The position numbers were made by a program, and so were the translations under genes. A stretch of 64,000 nt of DNA, taken from contig OX597822.1 in assembly GCA_951406725.2 (NCBI GenBank), positions 76,260,001 through 76,324,000 of the forward strand. Direction: 5' to 3'. The DNA comes from Octopus vulgaris. Lineage: Eukaryota. The notes under the pieces were generated by a model. That model was not told the origin of the DNA, made no database searches, and worked only from the letters and a program-made list of their open reading frames with translations. Numbering within the stretch: position 1 is the first letter of the stretch; every line of letters starts with the position of its first letter. Positions 40,461-54,701 of this stretch are shown here, piece by piece.

Positions 40461-41260
40461 TAACAATAATGACAATGGCTTCAGATTTTGACTCAAGACC
40501 AGCATTCCTACGGCGGGGGAGGGTGTAAGTCAAGTACATCGACCCCAGTATTCAACTGGTAATTATTTTATCGGTCCCGCGAGGATAAAAGGTAAAATCG
40601 ACTCCAGCGGAGTTTGAAAACAGAACGTAAACAATTGGCAGACAATGTCCGATGCTCATGCCTCGGACATACCTCATACGAATGTTTGCTTAGGGTGAAG
40701 GCCACAAAATGTGGTACATGTATTCGATGTACTCCACCTCAGTACATACACCCCTGATAGGTTATTGATCTCCACCTTGGATTGGTGGCGGGGGCGATAT
40801 AATACAAAGTTTAATACTCTATGGTGAATAACATATGAGAAGTTTTGCTAAATCTACGAAGTTAAAACGTTTGGTCTGGTACTGTCATACCCGCCGCACT
40901 TCGGACTAATATAGATTCTTCTAGCTATAGGCGGCGGCTCTGAAATTTTAGGGCAGGAAGCTGTCTGATGGCACTGATTCCAGTCCGGTGCTCCATTTGG
41001 TACTTAGTTTATCGATTCCCGAAACGGTGAAAGGTAAAGTCGACTTCAACGGAATTTGAACTCAGATCGTTGGGCAGAACGGCCCAAGAGGTTGAGCACT
41101 ATATGCATAGACGACGAAATACAACGGATAAAACGGAAGGGGTTTTCATAAATCAACGAGGGAAGACAACAAAGATGAGACAATAAAGGATGTAGAGACA
41201 GATTTCAGAAAAATAAATAAAGTAAAATATATATAAATAAATAAATAAAATATATAAATA

Positions 41261-41657
41261 GGCACAGGAGTGGCTGTGTGGTAAGTAGCTTGCTTACCAT
41301 TCACATGGTTCCGGGTTCATTCCCATGAGTGTTACCTTGGGCAAGTGTCTTCTACTATAGCTTCGGGCCGACCAGAAGGAAACTGAAAGAAGCCCGTCGT
41401 ATATATGTGTATATATGTGTGTGTGTGTGTGTGTGTGTTTTTGTGCGTCTGTGTTTGTCCCCCTAACATCGCTTGACAACCGATGCTGGTGTGTTTACGT
41501 CCCCGTAACTTAGAGGTTCGGCAAAATAGAACGAAAGAATAAGTACTAGGCTTACAAAGGAGAAGTCCTGGGGTTGATTTGCTCGAATAAAGGCGGTGCT
41601 CCAGCATGGCCGCAGTCAAATGACTGAAACAAGTAAAAGATTAAAAAGAGTAAAGAG
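41261..41657 (+). mobile_element. SINE family A, full length
   Basis: Head, linker and tail present. Confidence 0.9.
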
Positions 41658-41694
41658 AAAATCCCCAATAGGTCAATGATGATGATGATGATGA

Positions 41695-42209
41695 TTCTTT
41701 CTACTATAGACGCAAGGTCTAAAACTTGTGACGAGGTGGGGTTAGTCTATTACATCGACCCCGGTTCGCTCAACTGGTACTTACTTCATCGACCCCTAAA
41801 GAATAAAAGGCAAAGTCGACCTCAGAACGTCAAGACAGGCGAAATGTCGTTATGAATTTCGCCCGGTGTGCTAACGATTCTGCCAACAAGCTGCTTAATA
41901 AGAACACAAACAATAATAATAATCCATTCTATTATAGGCACAAGGCCTGAAGTTTTTGGAATAATGGTCTAGCCGATTACATCGACTCCAGTACGTAACT
42001 GGTACTTAATTTATCGACCCCGAAAGGATTAAAGGCAAAGACGACTTCGGCGGAATTTGAACTCAGAACGTAACGCCCGGCGTGCTAACGTTTCTCATTT
42101 CTTTATTGTCCACAAGGGGCTAAACATAGAGGGGACAAACAAAGACAGACAAAGGGATTAATGGCGCTAAGCAGTTCGCCTGGTGTGATAACGATTCTGC
42201 CAGCACGCC

Positions 42210-42210
<1 letters not shown>
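41695..42210 (-). mobile_element. Cluster of SINE family B copies
   Basis: Repeated tcgacccc.aaag..t.aaaggcaaag.cgac blocks. Confidence 0.8.
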
Positions 42211-42264
<54 letters not shown>

Positions 42265-42436
42265 CCTTTCTACTATAGGCAGAAATCTGACCGATATTGA
42301 GGGAAGGAGATTAGCTAATGGTTAGTTAATATTCTCGACCTCAATATATAACTGGTATTATATTTCATTATCCTCAGAGAGATGAAAGGCTATGTTGACC
42401 TCGGCAATAATAACTGTTTCTTAATCTTAATTTTAA

Positions 42437-42679
42437 GGCGGTGAGCTGGCAGAAACGGTAGCACGCCGAGCGAAATGCGTTGCCGTATTTCGTCTGCCGT
42501 TACGTTCTGAGTTCAAATTCCGCCGAGGTCGACTTTGCCTTTCATCCTTTCGGGGTCGATAAATTAAGTACCAGTTGCGCACTGAGGTCGATGTAATCGA
42601 CTTAATCCCTTTGTCTGTCCCTGTTTGTCCCCTTCATGTTTAGCCCCTTGTGGGCAATAAAGAAATAAGAAATAAGAAA
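42437..42679 (+). mobile_element. SINE family B, full length, young
   Basis: Intact head and (aagaaat)n tail; tttcttaatct repeated on both flanks. Confidence 0.92.
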
Positions 42680-43499
42680 CGATTTCTTAATCTAAGTACG
42701 TGGCCTTGTGGCAAGGCTGTTGCATTCACGATCGCTAGATCGTGGTTTCGATTCCTTCCTGGACCAGGTGGTGAATTACGTTCTTGAGCAAAATACTTCA
42801 TTTCACGTTGCCCCAGTCCACCCAGCTGCAAAAGGTCAACCCTACGACTGACCAGCGTCCCGTTCAACGGAGATGTTACGACCATGACGACAATATCCCA
42901 ATGGATACGCAAGCGTTAGTGCTTAGTTTCAAGCCAGTGTTGTAATCAAGCAAATGTAAAAATAGAGTCTTTCCAACCGTGATCAAACCGCCTGGACCAC
43001 CATTATCCAGCGTTAACATCTCTAAGACGGACAGATGTGTGAAAATTAGAGGCAATTTGACTACTATTTCTCGCATACTGAGCGACCACGTATGGAGCTT
43101 TTTCTTTGGTTCGTGTAAAAGTTGTCAACTGTAAGCATGCAGAAGTAAGATTAAAACCTTCCAGCCGTGACCATCATAACATTTTTTCCTGCATGTAGGG
43201 AAACCGGGACAAAATCATGCTTTGTATCCTTTTCTATGACAGAAGATAATTCATTCTAAAGATATTTGGCTGTTATTTCTAGCAGATGACTAATGGAGTC
43301 TTTGTCGCTGGTTCCTTCTTGTGAGTCTAGTTGACAGGAGTGTATGTATGTGTGTGTGTGTGTGTGTGTACGTGTGTGTTTGTGTGTATGTGTGCTTGTG
43401 TGTTTGTGTGTGTATGTGTGTATGTCTATTATTGTATGAATGTGTTGATGTTGTATGTGTTATTGTTGTTGTGTGTGTTCATATGGGGTGTATAAATGT

Positions 43500-43594
43500 C
43501 AAAGAGAATCAGAATAAAGAAAGGATAAAGATGGAGAGAAAGCAGGAAAGGAAGAAGGAAAGAAAAAAGAAAGAAAGAAAGAAAGCAAGAAGGA

Positions 43595-43646
<52 letters not shown>

Positions 43647-43648
43647 AT

Positions 43649-43681
<33 letters not shown>

Positions 43682-43890
43682 GTGGGGAAAGAATGATAGA
43701 ACGGAAGAAAGAAAAACGGAAAGAAGGAAACAAACGAACAAAATAAAGGAGGAAATATAAGGAAAGACAGAAGTAAGGAATGGAGAAAGAAAGAAAGAAA
43801 GAAAGAAAGAAAGGAAAAGAAAGAGATACAGAAAGTGTACAAATGAACAGAAAATAAGAAACAGAGAAATAAAGAGAAAAGAAGAGAGAA

Positions 43891-43976
<86 letters not shown>

Positions 43977-44215
43977 GGATGGATAGATGGACAGGTGGAT
44001 GGACGGACGGGCAGAGAGACAGAGAAACAATGACGAAATCTGGAAAGATGCGATGAAGAATAGACAGAATGAGAGAGAGATAACACTGAAGAAAGTGGAG
44101 AAGATCGAAGAGAAGAATGAAAGAGAGTAAAATAGAAAGAAAAAATGAAAGGAAGAAGAGAGAGAGAGAGGGAAAAAGAGAAAGACGGGAAGAAAGAAAT
44201 GAGAAAGACGTAGTG
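43500..44215. repeat. (GAAA)n/(GATA)n purine-rich microsatellite field
   Basis: Directly visible. Confidence 0.95.
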
Positions 44216-44313
44216 GTTTTATGAACGTTTGTATGTGTATGTATGCATGTGTGTATATGTTTATATATGTGTGTATTTGTGTGTGTATAAATACACATAC
44301 ATGCATACAAACA

Positions 44314-44345
<32 letters not shown>

Positions 44346-44426
44346 CACGTCTTTGTATTTATGTATATTATAGATAGATAGATAGATAGGGAGAGAGAGA
44401 AGAATGTATACGTATGAATAAATATG

Positions 44427-44477
<51 letters not shown>

Positions 44478-44507
44478 GTATACAATACATAGATGCGTAT
44501 ATAATAT

Positions 44508-44549
<42 letters not shown>

Positions 44550-44743
44550 GTGTGTCTGTGTATATATAGATATGTATATAAATACATATATAAATACACA
44601 TGTGTGTATGTATATATGTATGTATATAGGTGTATGTATATACGTTTGTGAGTGTATGTACTATGCGTATAAACTGGACCTAGCACTACATTATTGTATG
44701 TATATATAAATGTGTGTATACAGCTAGGTGCGCACATGTGTGT

Positions 44744-44774
<31 letters not shown>

Positions 44775-44877
44775 CGTGCAAGCTCATGTAGCTATATATA
44801 TGTATGTATTTATGTGTGTGTGCTGGAAGAGAATTTAGCCTGACCCGGGTATAAGACACACCTCTTTGTGTGTATGT

Positions 44878-44944
<67 letters not shown>

Positions 44945-45236
44945 TGTGCGTATGTGTAAAAGTGTGCAATTGTCCGAACGAATTAGCGATCTGCGTATTG
45001 CTTTATGTTATCACACACCCACCCGCGCGCGCGCGCATTCACTCTCTTTCTCTTTCTGTCTCATTCTGTCTTTCCATCCGCCCCCACCCCCACCCCGGCC
45101 CATGTGATATCGATTCGCAAGCGCCAGGTCAGTGCTGATCCAGCTGACCCGTGATCATAGATGTTCCAGCAATGAACCGCGCTGTATTCTTTTTTTTTTG
45201 TTTTTGTTGTTTTTCTCTGCTTTTTGTATAACCGGA

Positions 45237-45285
<49 letters not shown>

Positions 45286-45328
45286 TCACACACACACACA
45301 TATGTATGTATCTTTCTCTTTTTTTTTT

Positions 45329-45734
45329 CTCTTTTTACTTGTTTCAGTCATTTTGACTGCGGGCGACCATGCTGGAGCACCGCCTTTAATCGAGCAACTC
45401 GACCCCCAGGACTTAATCTTTGCAAGCCCAGTACTTATTCTATCGGTCTCTTTTGCCGAACCGCTAGGTGACGGGGACATAAACACACCAGCATCGGTTG
45501 TCAAGCAATGCTAGGGGGACAAACACAGACACAGAAACATATACACACACATACATATATATACATATATACGACGGGCTTCTTTCAGTTTCCATCTACC
45601 AAATCCACTCACAAGGCTTTGGTCGGCCCGAGGCTATAGTAGAAGACACTTGCCCAAGGTGCCATGCACTGGGACTGAACCCGGAACCATGTGGTTGGTA
45701 AACAAGCTACTTACCACACAGCCACTCCTGCGCC
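45329..45734 (-). mobile_element. SINE family A, full length, young
   Basis: Complete element close to the family consensus. Confidence 0.92.
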
Positions 45735-45943
45735 TATATGTGTATATATAATTGTTTGTATCGTTGTATACGTTGTCCAGGGTGTACTTTATGTTTCAAA
45801 CAGTAGAATACGAGTCGTAGGAATGTTTTAGTATCTATTTCTAGCAAGCCGATCGACCGGATTAACATCCCCTCATAGTCTCGTCTCTTCCTTTCATTCT
45901 TTGTATACGTGTAAGTACTCGCACACACACACGCACACACACA

Positions 45944-45991
<48 letters not shown>

Positions 45992-46167
45992 TACACACAC
46001 GGATACACACACACGGATATACACTATAACACGTATGTTGCATGTATGTGCGTATGCGTGTGTGCATATATATATATATATATATATACTGTATGCATAC
46101 ACATGTATATTCAAATCATCTATACATACCTATGATAGTATAATGTATAAATGTATACATATATATC

Positions 46168-46556
46168 GTGGTACTCCGTCGGTTACGACGACGAGGGTTT
46201 CAGCTGATCCGATCAACGGAACGGCCTGCGCGTGAAATTAACGTGCAAGTAGCTGAGCACTCCACGGACACGTGTACCCTTAACGTAGTTCTCGGGGAGA
46301 TTCAGCGTGACACAGAGTGTGACAAGGCTGGCCCCTATGAAATACAGACAGGTACAAGAGAAACAGGAAGAAAGAGTGAGAGAAAGTTGTGGTGAAAAAG
46401 TACAACAGGGCACGCCACCACACCCTGCCGGAGCCTCGTGGGGCTTTAGGTGTTTTTGCATAAATAAGCACTCACAAAGCCCGGTCTGGGAATCGAAACC
46501 GCGATCCTACGACCGCGAGTCCGCTGGCCTAACTTCTGGGCTATTGGCGCCTGCAC
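46168..46556 (-). mobile_element. SINE family C, tail type 1
   Basis: tRNA-like head (gcggactcgcggtcgtaggatcgcggtttcgattccc); tail ...ccttgtcacactctgtgtcacgctga...cgtcgtaaccgacggagtacc. Confidence 0.85.
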
Positions 46557-46700
46557 TATATACGTATATATTACATACATGTTGCGTGTATTTTAGTGTA
46601 TACATGGGCGCATCTGTGTAATATGGTATACATGGGTTTATATCTACATATACACAGATAAGCATAAATAAACACTAATATATACATACGCATGGACATA

Positions 46701-46902
46701 CACGGCAGGGCGGTGAAAAGTTTCTGACTTTGTGGGTATCGCGAAAGGCCTTGTTGGATGCCCAACCTTCCGAGTTCTTTCACAGGGCCCAGAAAACCTG
46801 AAGGACCGCTGAGAAGGGGAATATGTTAAATAAAATCATAATTAACTGATCCTCCTGTATTTTCTTTTACCCAGAGCCAGGAACTTTTCAGCACCCCCCT
46901 CG
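46701..46902. mobile_element. mariner-type MITE
   Basis: Imperfect TIRs agggcggtgaaaagtttctgactttg / cagagccaggaacttttcagcacccccctcg with TA flanks. Confidence 0.7.
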
Positions 46903-46975
46903 TATGTATTTGTCGCGCGCATACACTCACACACATGTACACATAGACGAAAATAATTCTATATAGAGGTGTGTG

Positions 46976-47078
<103 letters not shown>

Positions 47079-47170
47079 AATCAATATATCTATCAACTTG
47101 TCTGCATATTTAATTCTATATCTATGTGTGTGTGTGCGAGCGCGTCTATGTATGTATGTATTTATATATG

Positions 47171-47334
47171 TAGGAGTGGCTGTGTGGTAAGTAGCTTGTT
47201 TACCAACCACATGGTTCCGGGTTCAGTCCCACTGCGTTGCACCTTGGGCAAGTGTCTTCTACTATAAGCCTCGGGCCGACCAAAGCCTCGTGAGTGGATT
47301 TGGTAGACAGAAACTGAAAGAAGCCCGTCGTATA

Positions 47335-47424
<90 letters not shown>

Positions 47425-47650
47425 TGTGTCTGTTTTCCCCTACCACCACCACCATCGCCTGACAACCAATGTTGGTGTGTTTACGTCCCCGTACATTAGC
47501 GGTTCGGCAGAAGAAAAAAGAAAGAGACCGATAGAGTAAATACTAGGCTTACAAAGAATAGATCCTGGGGGGGTCGATTTGTTCGGCTAAATGACGGTGC
47601 TCCAGCATGTCCGCAGTCAGACAACCGACGCAAGTGAAAGAACAAAAGAA
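47171..47650 (+). mobile_element. SINE family A
   Basis: Head, linker and tail present. Confidence 0.88.
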
Positions 47651-47676
47651 TGATACATAGAGATAGACAGATACAG

Positions 47677-47708
<32 letters not shown>

Positions 47709-48138
47709 GTGTGTATGTGTGTGTGTGAGTGTGTGTGTGTATGTGTGTGTGTGTGTGTGTGTAATGTATGTATAAGCATTTGTAAAATTTTGATAGCAAA
47801 AAAACGGCGTGGAAACCAGTCGTGTGTGTTTATACATGTATACGTCCTGACACAGCTTTTTCACATTATTTTGTTTGTCTTTTACTTCTCTTTGTAATTG
47901 CCACTTCATTCTACATTTCAAACCGACTTCATGCGCTATTCTTCAGAAACTTCTGGCGAAGCACGGAATTAAGTAGTCTGCAGGATTTCGTTTTGAACCT
48001 CTAGGTTCCAAGTTCAAATGTTCTCTCATTTACAATTTATCTTTGACCTCTCCAGTCGTTCGTGCTTTGGCGATAATATCTGAGTTAAATAAGAACAATA
48101 AAATATTTTCTTTTATCTGATAGTTAAATCCATTTAAC

Positions 48139-48220
<82 letters not shown>

Positions 48221-48420
48221 AACAATTGAGATTCATTTGAATTAAGTACTTAAGTGGAAGCACCAAGTCAGTCCGATATTTCTGCAGAGCACGAAGAAAG
48301 CTGAATAAAATTAAAATAAGCTACAGGATATCAAGAAGTGATGCAGTACGACCGTTTCAGGCGACTCCATTTAATTGTACAACATACATATAGATAGATA
48401 GATAGATAGATAGATAGATT

Positions 48421-48455
<35 letters not shown>

Positions 48456-48457
48456 TA

Positions 48458-48825
48458 GGCGCAGGAGTGGCTGTGTGGTAAGTAGCTTGCTAACCAACCA
48501 CACGGTTGCGGGTTCAGTCCCACTGCGTGGCATCTTGGGCAAGTGTCTTCTGCTATAGCCCCGGGCCGACCAATGCTTTGTGAGTGGATTTGGTAGACGG
48601 AAACTGAAAGAAGCCTGTCGTATATATGTATATATATGTATATGTGTGTGTGTTTGTGTGTCTGTGTTTGTCCCCCTAGCATTGCTTGACAACCGATGCT
48701 GGTGTGTTTAGGTCCCCGTCACTTAGCGGTTCGGCAAAAAGAGACCGATAGAATAAGTACTAAAAGGTGGTGCTCCAGCATGGCCGCAGTCAAATGACTG
48801 AAACAAGTAAAAGAGTAAAAGAGTA

Positions 48826-48829
<4 letters not shown>
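48458..48829 (+). mobile_element. SINE family A inserted in a (GATA)n tract
   Basis: (GATA)n on both flanks; element near consensus with a short tail deletion. Confidence 0.92.
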
Positions 48830-48912
<83 letters not shown>

Positions 48913-49029
48913 TATGTTTGTGTGTTGCTATGTATACATGTTTAGATGATAGTGCGCAATATACATATGTGTGTATGTATGTGTGTGTTGGGAATATTTA
49001 TGTATGTACGGATAGGCGGATGAATGGAT

Positions 49030-49520
49030 GTTTTCTTTTTCTCTTTTTAGCATTGAGCTAATTTATTCTGGTCGCCTACTTGGTAGCAAGGTTGTAAAGG
49101 AAAGCTTCCTTCGTTCACCAGCCTTGAAATTTTAAGAACGTCTTGCAGATATTTATTGTGTCGAGTATCGTAATCATTCGTAACAGATAAATCAAGGATT
49201 TTCTTTCTCTCCCCGATAATCCATATTCAACCATAGTTTGCTCCAGACAGGGTACTATGTATCCGTTTGCTTCAATAATAACGGATATGAAACTGAAAGT
49301 CTATCTTGAGTACTGGATTTGCAAACTCCTAATCAATTGTCCATAGATGGTCTATTTCTCTTGTATCTTTCTTGATCGCTTTAATTTCTCGAGAGCAAGT
49401 ATTTCCAGAACAGAGCATATTCTTTTTCTTGTCGTCCTGCACAGCAATATCTGATCGCTTGAGTTTTAACATGGTGGCTGTTTTGATTTTTAAGTTGCAC
49501 TAATATTCTTTTGAACCAAG
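49030..49520 (-). mobile_element. R4/Dong-type LINE, degenerate RLE domain and C-terminus
   Basis: Minus strand reads KEY*CNLKIKTAT..KRSDIAV..., IYGQLIRSLQIQY...SVIIEANG...GLSGRERK...INICKTFLKF, homologous to 10060-10432. Confidence 0.75.
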
Positions 49521-49563
49521 AAAGAAGCCCGTCGTATATTTGTGTGTGTGTGTATGTGTCGTG

Positions 49564-49606
<43 letters not shown>

Positions 49607-49828
49607 GCGTGTGTATGTGTGTCTGTTTGTCCCCCCATCATCGCTTGATAACAAATGCTGGTGTGGTTACGTCCCCGTCACTTACCGATTCGGCAAAAAG
49701 AGAACGATAGAATAAGTACTAGGCTTACAAAGAATAAACACCGGGGGGGGGCGATTTACTCGACTAAAGGCGGTGCTCCAGCATGGACGCAGTCAAATGA
49801 CTGAAACAAATAAAAGACAAAAAGAATG

Positions 49829-50107
49829 CAGCATTGCTTTCAGCGGGTTCCCATATGACCCTATTGGGGTTCCACATGACCCCTGGGGGTCCATAGAAGG
49901 TTTTGTTTTTAAAATTTATTTGCTATAAATTGGTTATTCTTCTACAAAAAACAATATTTTAACAATTTTTCTTTACACAATTCCTAATAGTATTTAATTA
50001 CGAAAATACAATTTGATTGTTTTAAACATTGAATGGTTATAAGGGTCCATCCGAGTAAAACAGGAATCGAAGAGGGGCCATAGGTCAAAAACGGTTGAGA
50101 AACCCTG
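49829..50107. mobile_element. hAT-like MITE, same family as 377-604
   Basis: Shared internal ttttgtttttaaaattta.gtgc.ataaa.tggtta and terminus ggttgagaaaccctg. Confidence 0.7.
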
Positions 50108-50521
50108 GCATAGAGAGAGCGAAAGGGAGAAGAGAGAGAGAGAGAGAGATATTAGGTTTGAATGAAAGTGTATATATGTAGATGATGTGCATATGTGTAT
50201 ATATGGGTTTCGATTTCAGTGCTTGTACGTTTATTACACGTATGTATCAGCGTATGTGAGTACCTGCATGTATGTGTGTGTATGTATGTGTGTGAATGTG
50301 TGTGTGTGTGGATGGGTGTGTGTGTATGTGTGTGTGCGTATGTAAATGCATATAATATGACTGTTGGTAGTAAATTGTATTATATGCGGTTGTGATATAT
50401 GCATATATGCGTGCATGTTTGCATGTATGTATATGTTTATATGAGTGTGTGTGTGCATATATATATATTTGTATGTGTTTGTATATATATATGCGTCTGT
50501 GTATAAATATGTGTTTTTGTG

Positions 50522-50567
<46 letters not shown>

Positions 50568-50843
50568 TATATGAATGTATAGCACACAAAAACGCACACG
50601 TCCATATACACACCCAGTTACACACACACACACACATGTATACTAAGATATGTTTCTGTGTAGTTCTGAGTTTCAATGGATACGTGTTCGAGCATGTATG
50701 CGCATGTTTTATGTTTTATGTTTATGGTATTATTTAAACTCACACAAGGGAATTCATACATACAACATTCATGGATGCGTGACGCATGCATGCACGCAAA
50801 TATATGCGTGTGGACGAACGATATGATTATATCTATGTGTGCG

Positions 50844-50876
<33 letters not shown>

Positions 50877-50906
50877 TTATGCATACATATATTTCTGTGC
50901 ATATAC

Positions 50907-50967
<61 letters not shown>

Positions 50968-51059
50968 TATACAGACATATATGTATGTATGTAGGTATGT
51001 ATGTATATATGTATAATATAAATAATATATAAACATATGCATACATATATGTACATACC

Positions 51060-51104
<45 letters not shown>

Positions 51105-51279
51105 CACAAGCATATATGGGTTAATGAGAAACGAGAACATTAAAAAACAAAAGTATAGAAAACAAATTTTTTTCGAACAACGAAAAAAACCCCAGATAAA
51201 CGAGACATGCAACATAAAGAACTTTCCCCTCATCAGTTGTCCCCTATACACACAGATATATACGAGCATATATACATAT

Positions 51280-51362
<83 letters not shown>

Positions 51363-51427
51363 GTATATACATATTATATATATACATATGTATATACAAA
51401 CATAGTATATATATATATATACTATCA

Positions 51428-51626
51428 GTCGCCATGATAAATCGTTAGCCACTACAAACATTTTTTTCTCTCCTGTTTCTCTCCTTGTTTTTTCCGTGTC
51501 CCTTTCTGTAGAAGAGCGTAGGCTCGAAACGTAAAAGACTTTTTTCCTATTCCTGAGCGTTATACTAATACATCTGTTTGTTTTGTACACCACCTGTCCT
51601 CGTCTTTTGTTTTTTTCGCAAACTCT

Positions 51627-51630
<4 letters not shown>
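51428..51630 (+). mobile_element. Hammerhead-bearing element family H
   Basis: cttt-CTGTAGAA-gagc gtag gctc-GAAA-cg-TA-aaag at 51502-51537; flanked by (TA)n. Confidence 0.78.
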
Positions 51631-51695
<65 letters not shown>

Positions 51696-51848
51696 TAAAG
51701 TTAAAAGTAAAAGAGTCAAAAGGAAGAGTCGGTACGGTTAGGCAGCTTTTTAATGGCTACAAATGATTCAACAAATACAAATCCTCGTATATACAGGATT
51801 TAAAGTTAAGTTTAAATTAAATTATGTAACGAGATCTATTTGTACCTC

Positions 51849-51915
<67 letters not shown>

Positions 51916-51934
51916 TTCACCACTGAAATCTGCA

Positions 51935-52105
51935 AATTTTTACATTCTCTCTTTGTTTATTTTCTCTTATACATTTCTGTTGAAGAGCATAGGCTCGAAA
52001 CGCAGAAGACTTGTTCATTATTCCTGAGCGTCGTCAAACTAATACACTTGTTTATTGTTCATGCACCTGTCTTCGTCTTTTGTCAATCTATAAATTTCTA
52101 CTATA
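51935..52105 (+). mobile_element. Hammerhead-bearing element family H (cleavage-site U mutated)
   Basis: CTGTTGAA-gagc atag gctc-GAAA-cg-ca at 51977-52004. Confidence 0.72.
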
Positions 52106-52109
52106 TATG

Positions 52110-52310
52110 TAGTAAATAAAAAAACGGAGAACAAACGCAAAAAAAAAACAAGGCGAGGACTTGGTACATGTAAAGTATTTGCAGTCGCTCAGAGAAGGAA
52201 GGAAAGGTGGTTTTATATTTCGAGCAAAGCTCTTTGTTCAGAAACAGAGCAAAGTCCAATAGAAAAGGAAGACGGAGGGGAAAAAATCGCCAACGCTTCA
52301 CATGAATATA
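52110..52310 (-). mobile_element. Related hammerhead-like element in inverted orientation
   Basis: Reverse complement reads gttt-CTGAACAAA-gagc ttt gctc-GAAA-ta-TA-aaac followed by ctgagcg, the same layout as family H. Confidence 0.55.
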
Positions 52311-53149
52311 TACGTACACGTAGACACACAGACACGCACATATGCATTAAACTGAGAACGTGTAGGACGGCCTTGGCCGTCGTGTTTACATCAAACAAAA
52401 GAACAGACAGGATGGAAGTAAATGTTATAATATATTCAATATGGCGTCTCTTACTGTTATTATTCAAAAGATTTTCCTTAAAAGATTCTTATAAAGTTAC
52501 TATGATTATGATAAGTCGAGAGTCGTGACGAATGAAAAGAAGTGGTGGATAGCCTATGCTGAATGTAACTTATGATGATGTTGTCACCTAAATTTTGTGT
52601 TTTTATTCAGGCTTTCAGAGAGGATTCTTATCTTGTTGTACTTAGTTTCTTTTGCGTCTCCTTCAAAATATGAATGTTAGTCTTGAATATACAAGGGCAG
52701 GAATAGCTGAGTGGTCAAGAGACTCGCTTTGCAACCAGGTGGTTTCGGGTTCAATCTCAGTGCGTAATACTTTGACCAATTGGCTGCTACTGTCGCTCCG
52801 AGCTGATCAATGCTTTGTGAGTGAATGAGTGGATCTGGATAGTGGAAACACACAATACATAAATACACATACCTACCTACCTACCTACCTAACTACCTAC
52901 GTACCTACCTATCCAATCCCACCTACCTATCTATCTACCTATATACATACCTATTAACATACATATTCACACACCCACCTACCTACCTACTTATCTACCT
53001 ACCTACCTACTTATCAGCCTACCTACCTACCTACCTACCTACCTACCTACCAACCTACCTACTTATCTACCTACTTACCTACATACATACAAGCACGTAT
53101 CCACATCATTACATGCATACATACATACATACATACATACATACATACA

Positions 53150-53183
<34 letters not shown>

Positions 53184-53199
53184 CATACATACATACAAA

Positions 53200-53970
53200 C
53201 AAAAATACCCTGTGGTTGATGTTGAAATTCCAATGAAAGAACCTTGGATCTAGGTCAGAAACTGGCTCTTTCTCTATTGGCAAGAAATCTTGAAACAATC
53301 TGAATAATGACATACCTGCCTACATACTTGTCTAAATATGTAACTACATGCATTAGATTACATACATAAAGCAAAACATACAGATCTACATACATACATA
53401 CATACATACATACATACATACATACATACATACATACATACATACATACATACATACATACATACATACATACATACATACATACATACATACATACATA
53501 CATACATAATACCCTGTTGTTGATGCTGAAATTCCAATGAAAGAACCTTATATCTAGGTTAGAAACCGGCCCTTTTTTTCTGTTGGCAAGAAATCTTGAA
53601 ATGAAACTGAACAATGACATACATACATACATACATACATACATACATACATACATACATACATACATACATACATACATACATACATACATACATACAT
53701 ACATACATACAAAAATACCGTTGTTGATGTTGAAATTCCAATGAAAGAGCCTTAGATCTAGGTTAGAGACCGGCTCTTTCTCTGTTGGCAAAAAGTCTTG
53801 AAATAAAACTGAATGACATACATACGTATATACATTCATATGTACATACATACACACATACTAAAATACCCTGCTGTTGATGTTGAAATTCCAATGAAGG
53901 AGCCCTTGGATCTCGGTTAGAAACCGGCTCTTTTTCTACTGGCAAGAAATCTTGAAATAAAACTGAATAA
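53200..53970 (+). mobile_element. Four ~115-bp units separated by (CATA)n (R4/Dong 3'UTR-related element)
   Basis: Units at about 53200-53310, 53507-53618, 53710-53818 and 53862-53970. Confidence 0.9.
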
Positions 53971-54209
53971 CGCCATACATACATAAACGTGCGTGCGTGA
54001 GTGCGTGTGTGTGTGTGTATGTGTGTAGATGTGCTCATCTATGTGTGGGTGTGTTTTTGATGTGATCTACATTGTTAACTTGATACTTAATATCTCACCT
54101 ATGAGAAAGAAAACCGAGCATCGGGTGTATAAGCTGATATAACAATTCTACATACGTACATATATATACTGACATACACGCACACAAACACAGAACACAC
54201 AACACACAA

Positions 54210-54271
<62 letters not shown>

Positions 54272-54701
54272 CACACACATACATGCGAACATAGGTACAT
54301 AAATATGTACGTGCATACAAACATACATATATACATACACATTCATACATACACATACATGCATACATACATACACACATGCATACACATACATACATTT
54401 ATACATGCATACCTTGTTTGCTAGATACATCAGTTGTTGCACACGCGTGTTTGTACTATGTGTAGCCTCGTTTATCACTGATCTGGAATAACACGGTACG
54501 CTCAATTGTAAACTGTATTATACATATCACAGATTGATCTGTGATGTCACTGTCAATATTCAGTCGAAGATTCTGCCTGTACCTTCAGGAACGCACCGCA
54601 GCGATCATTTACAATACTCAGCTATCCTAAATACACTGACTATCGCTTATATTTACAAGGCTGTTCTGCGAGGTCGCTTATTTTTCATACGGATTTATGT
54701 A

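Noticed and set aside
43429-44519. 293- and 336-aa Phe/Leu/Ser ORFs
   Set aside because: Reverse translations of (GAAA)n and (GATA)n
51225-51245. Minus-strand CTGATGAGGGG half-core
   Set aside because: No stem II or correctly placed GAAA/UH partner
53200-53970. Repeat-spacer layout as a CRISPR, and ccaatgaa...gaaaccgg as a hammerhead
   Set aside because: The spacers are microsatellites; the putative core lacks U4, G5 and the UH site, so it is treated as a LINE 3'UTR hairpin
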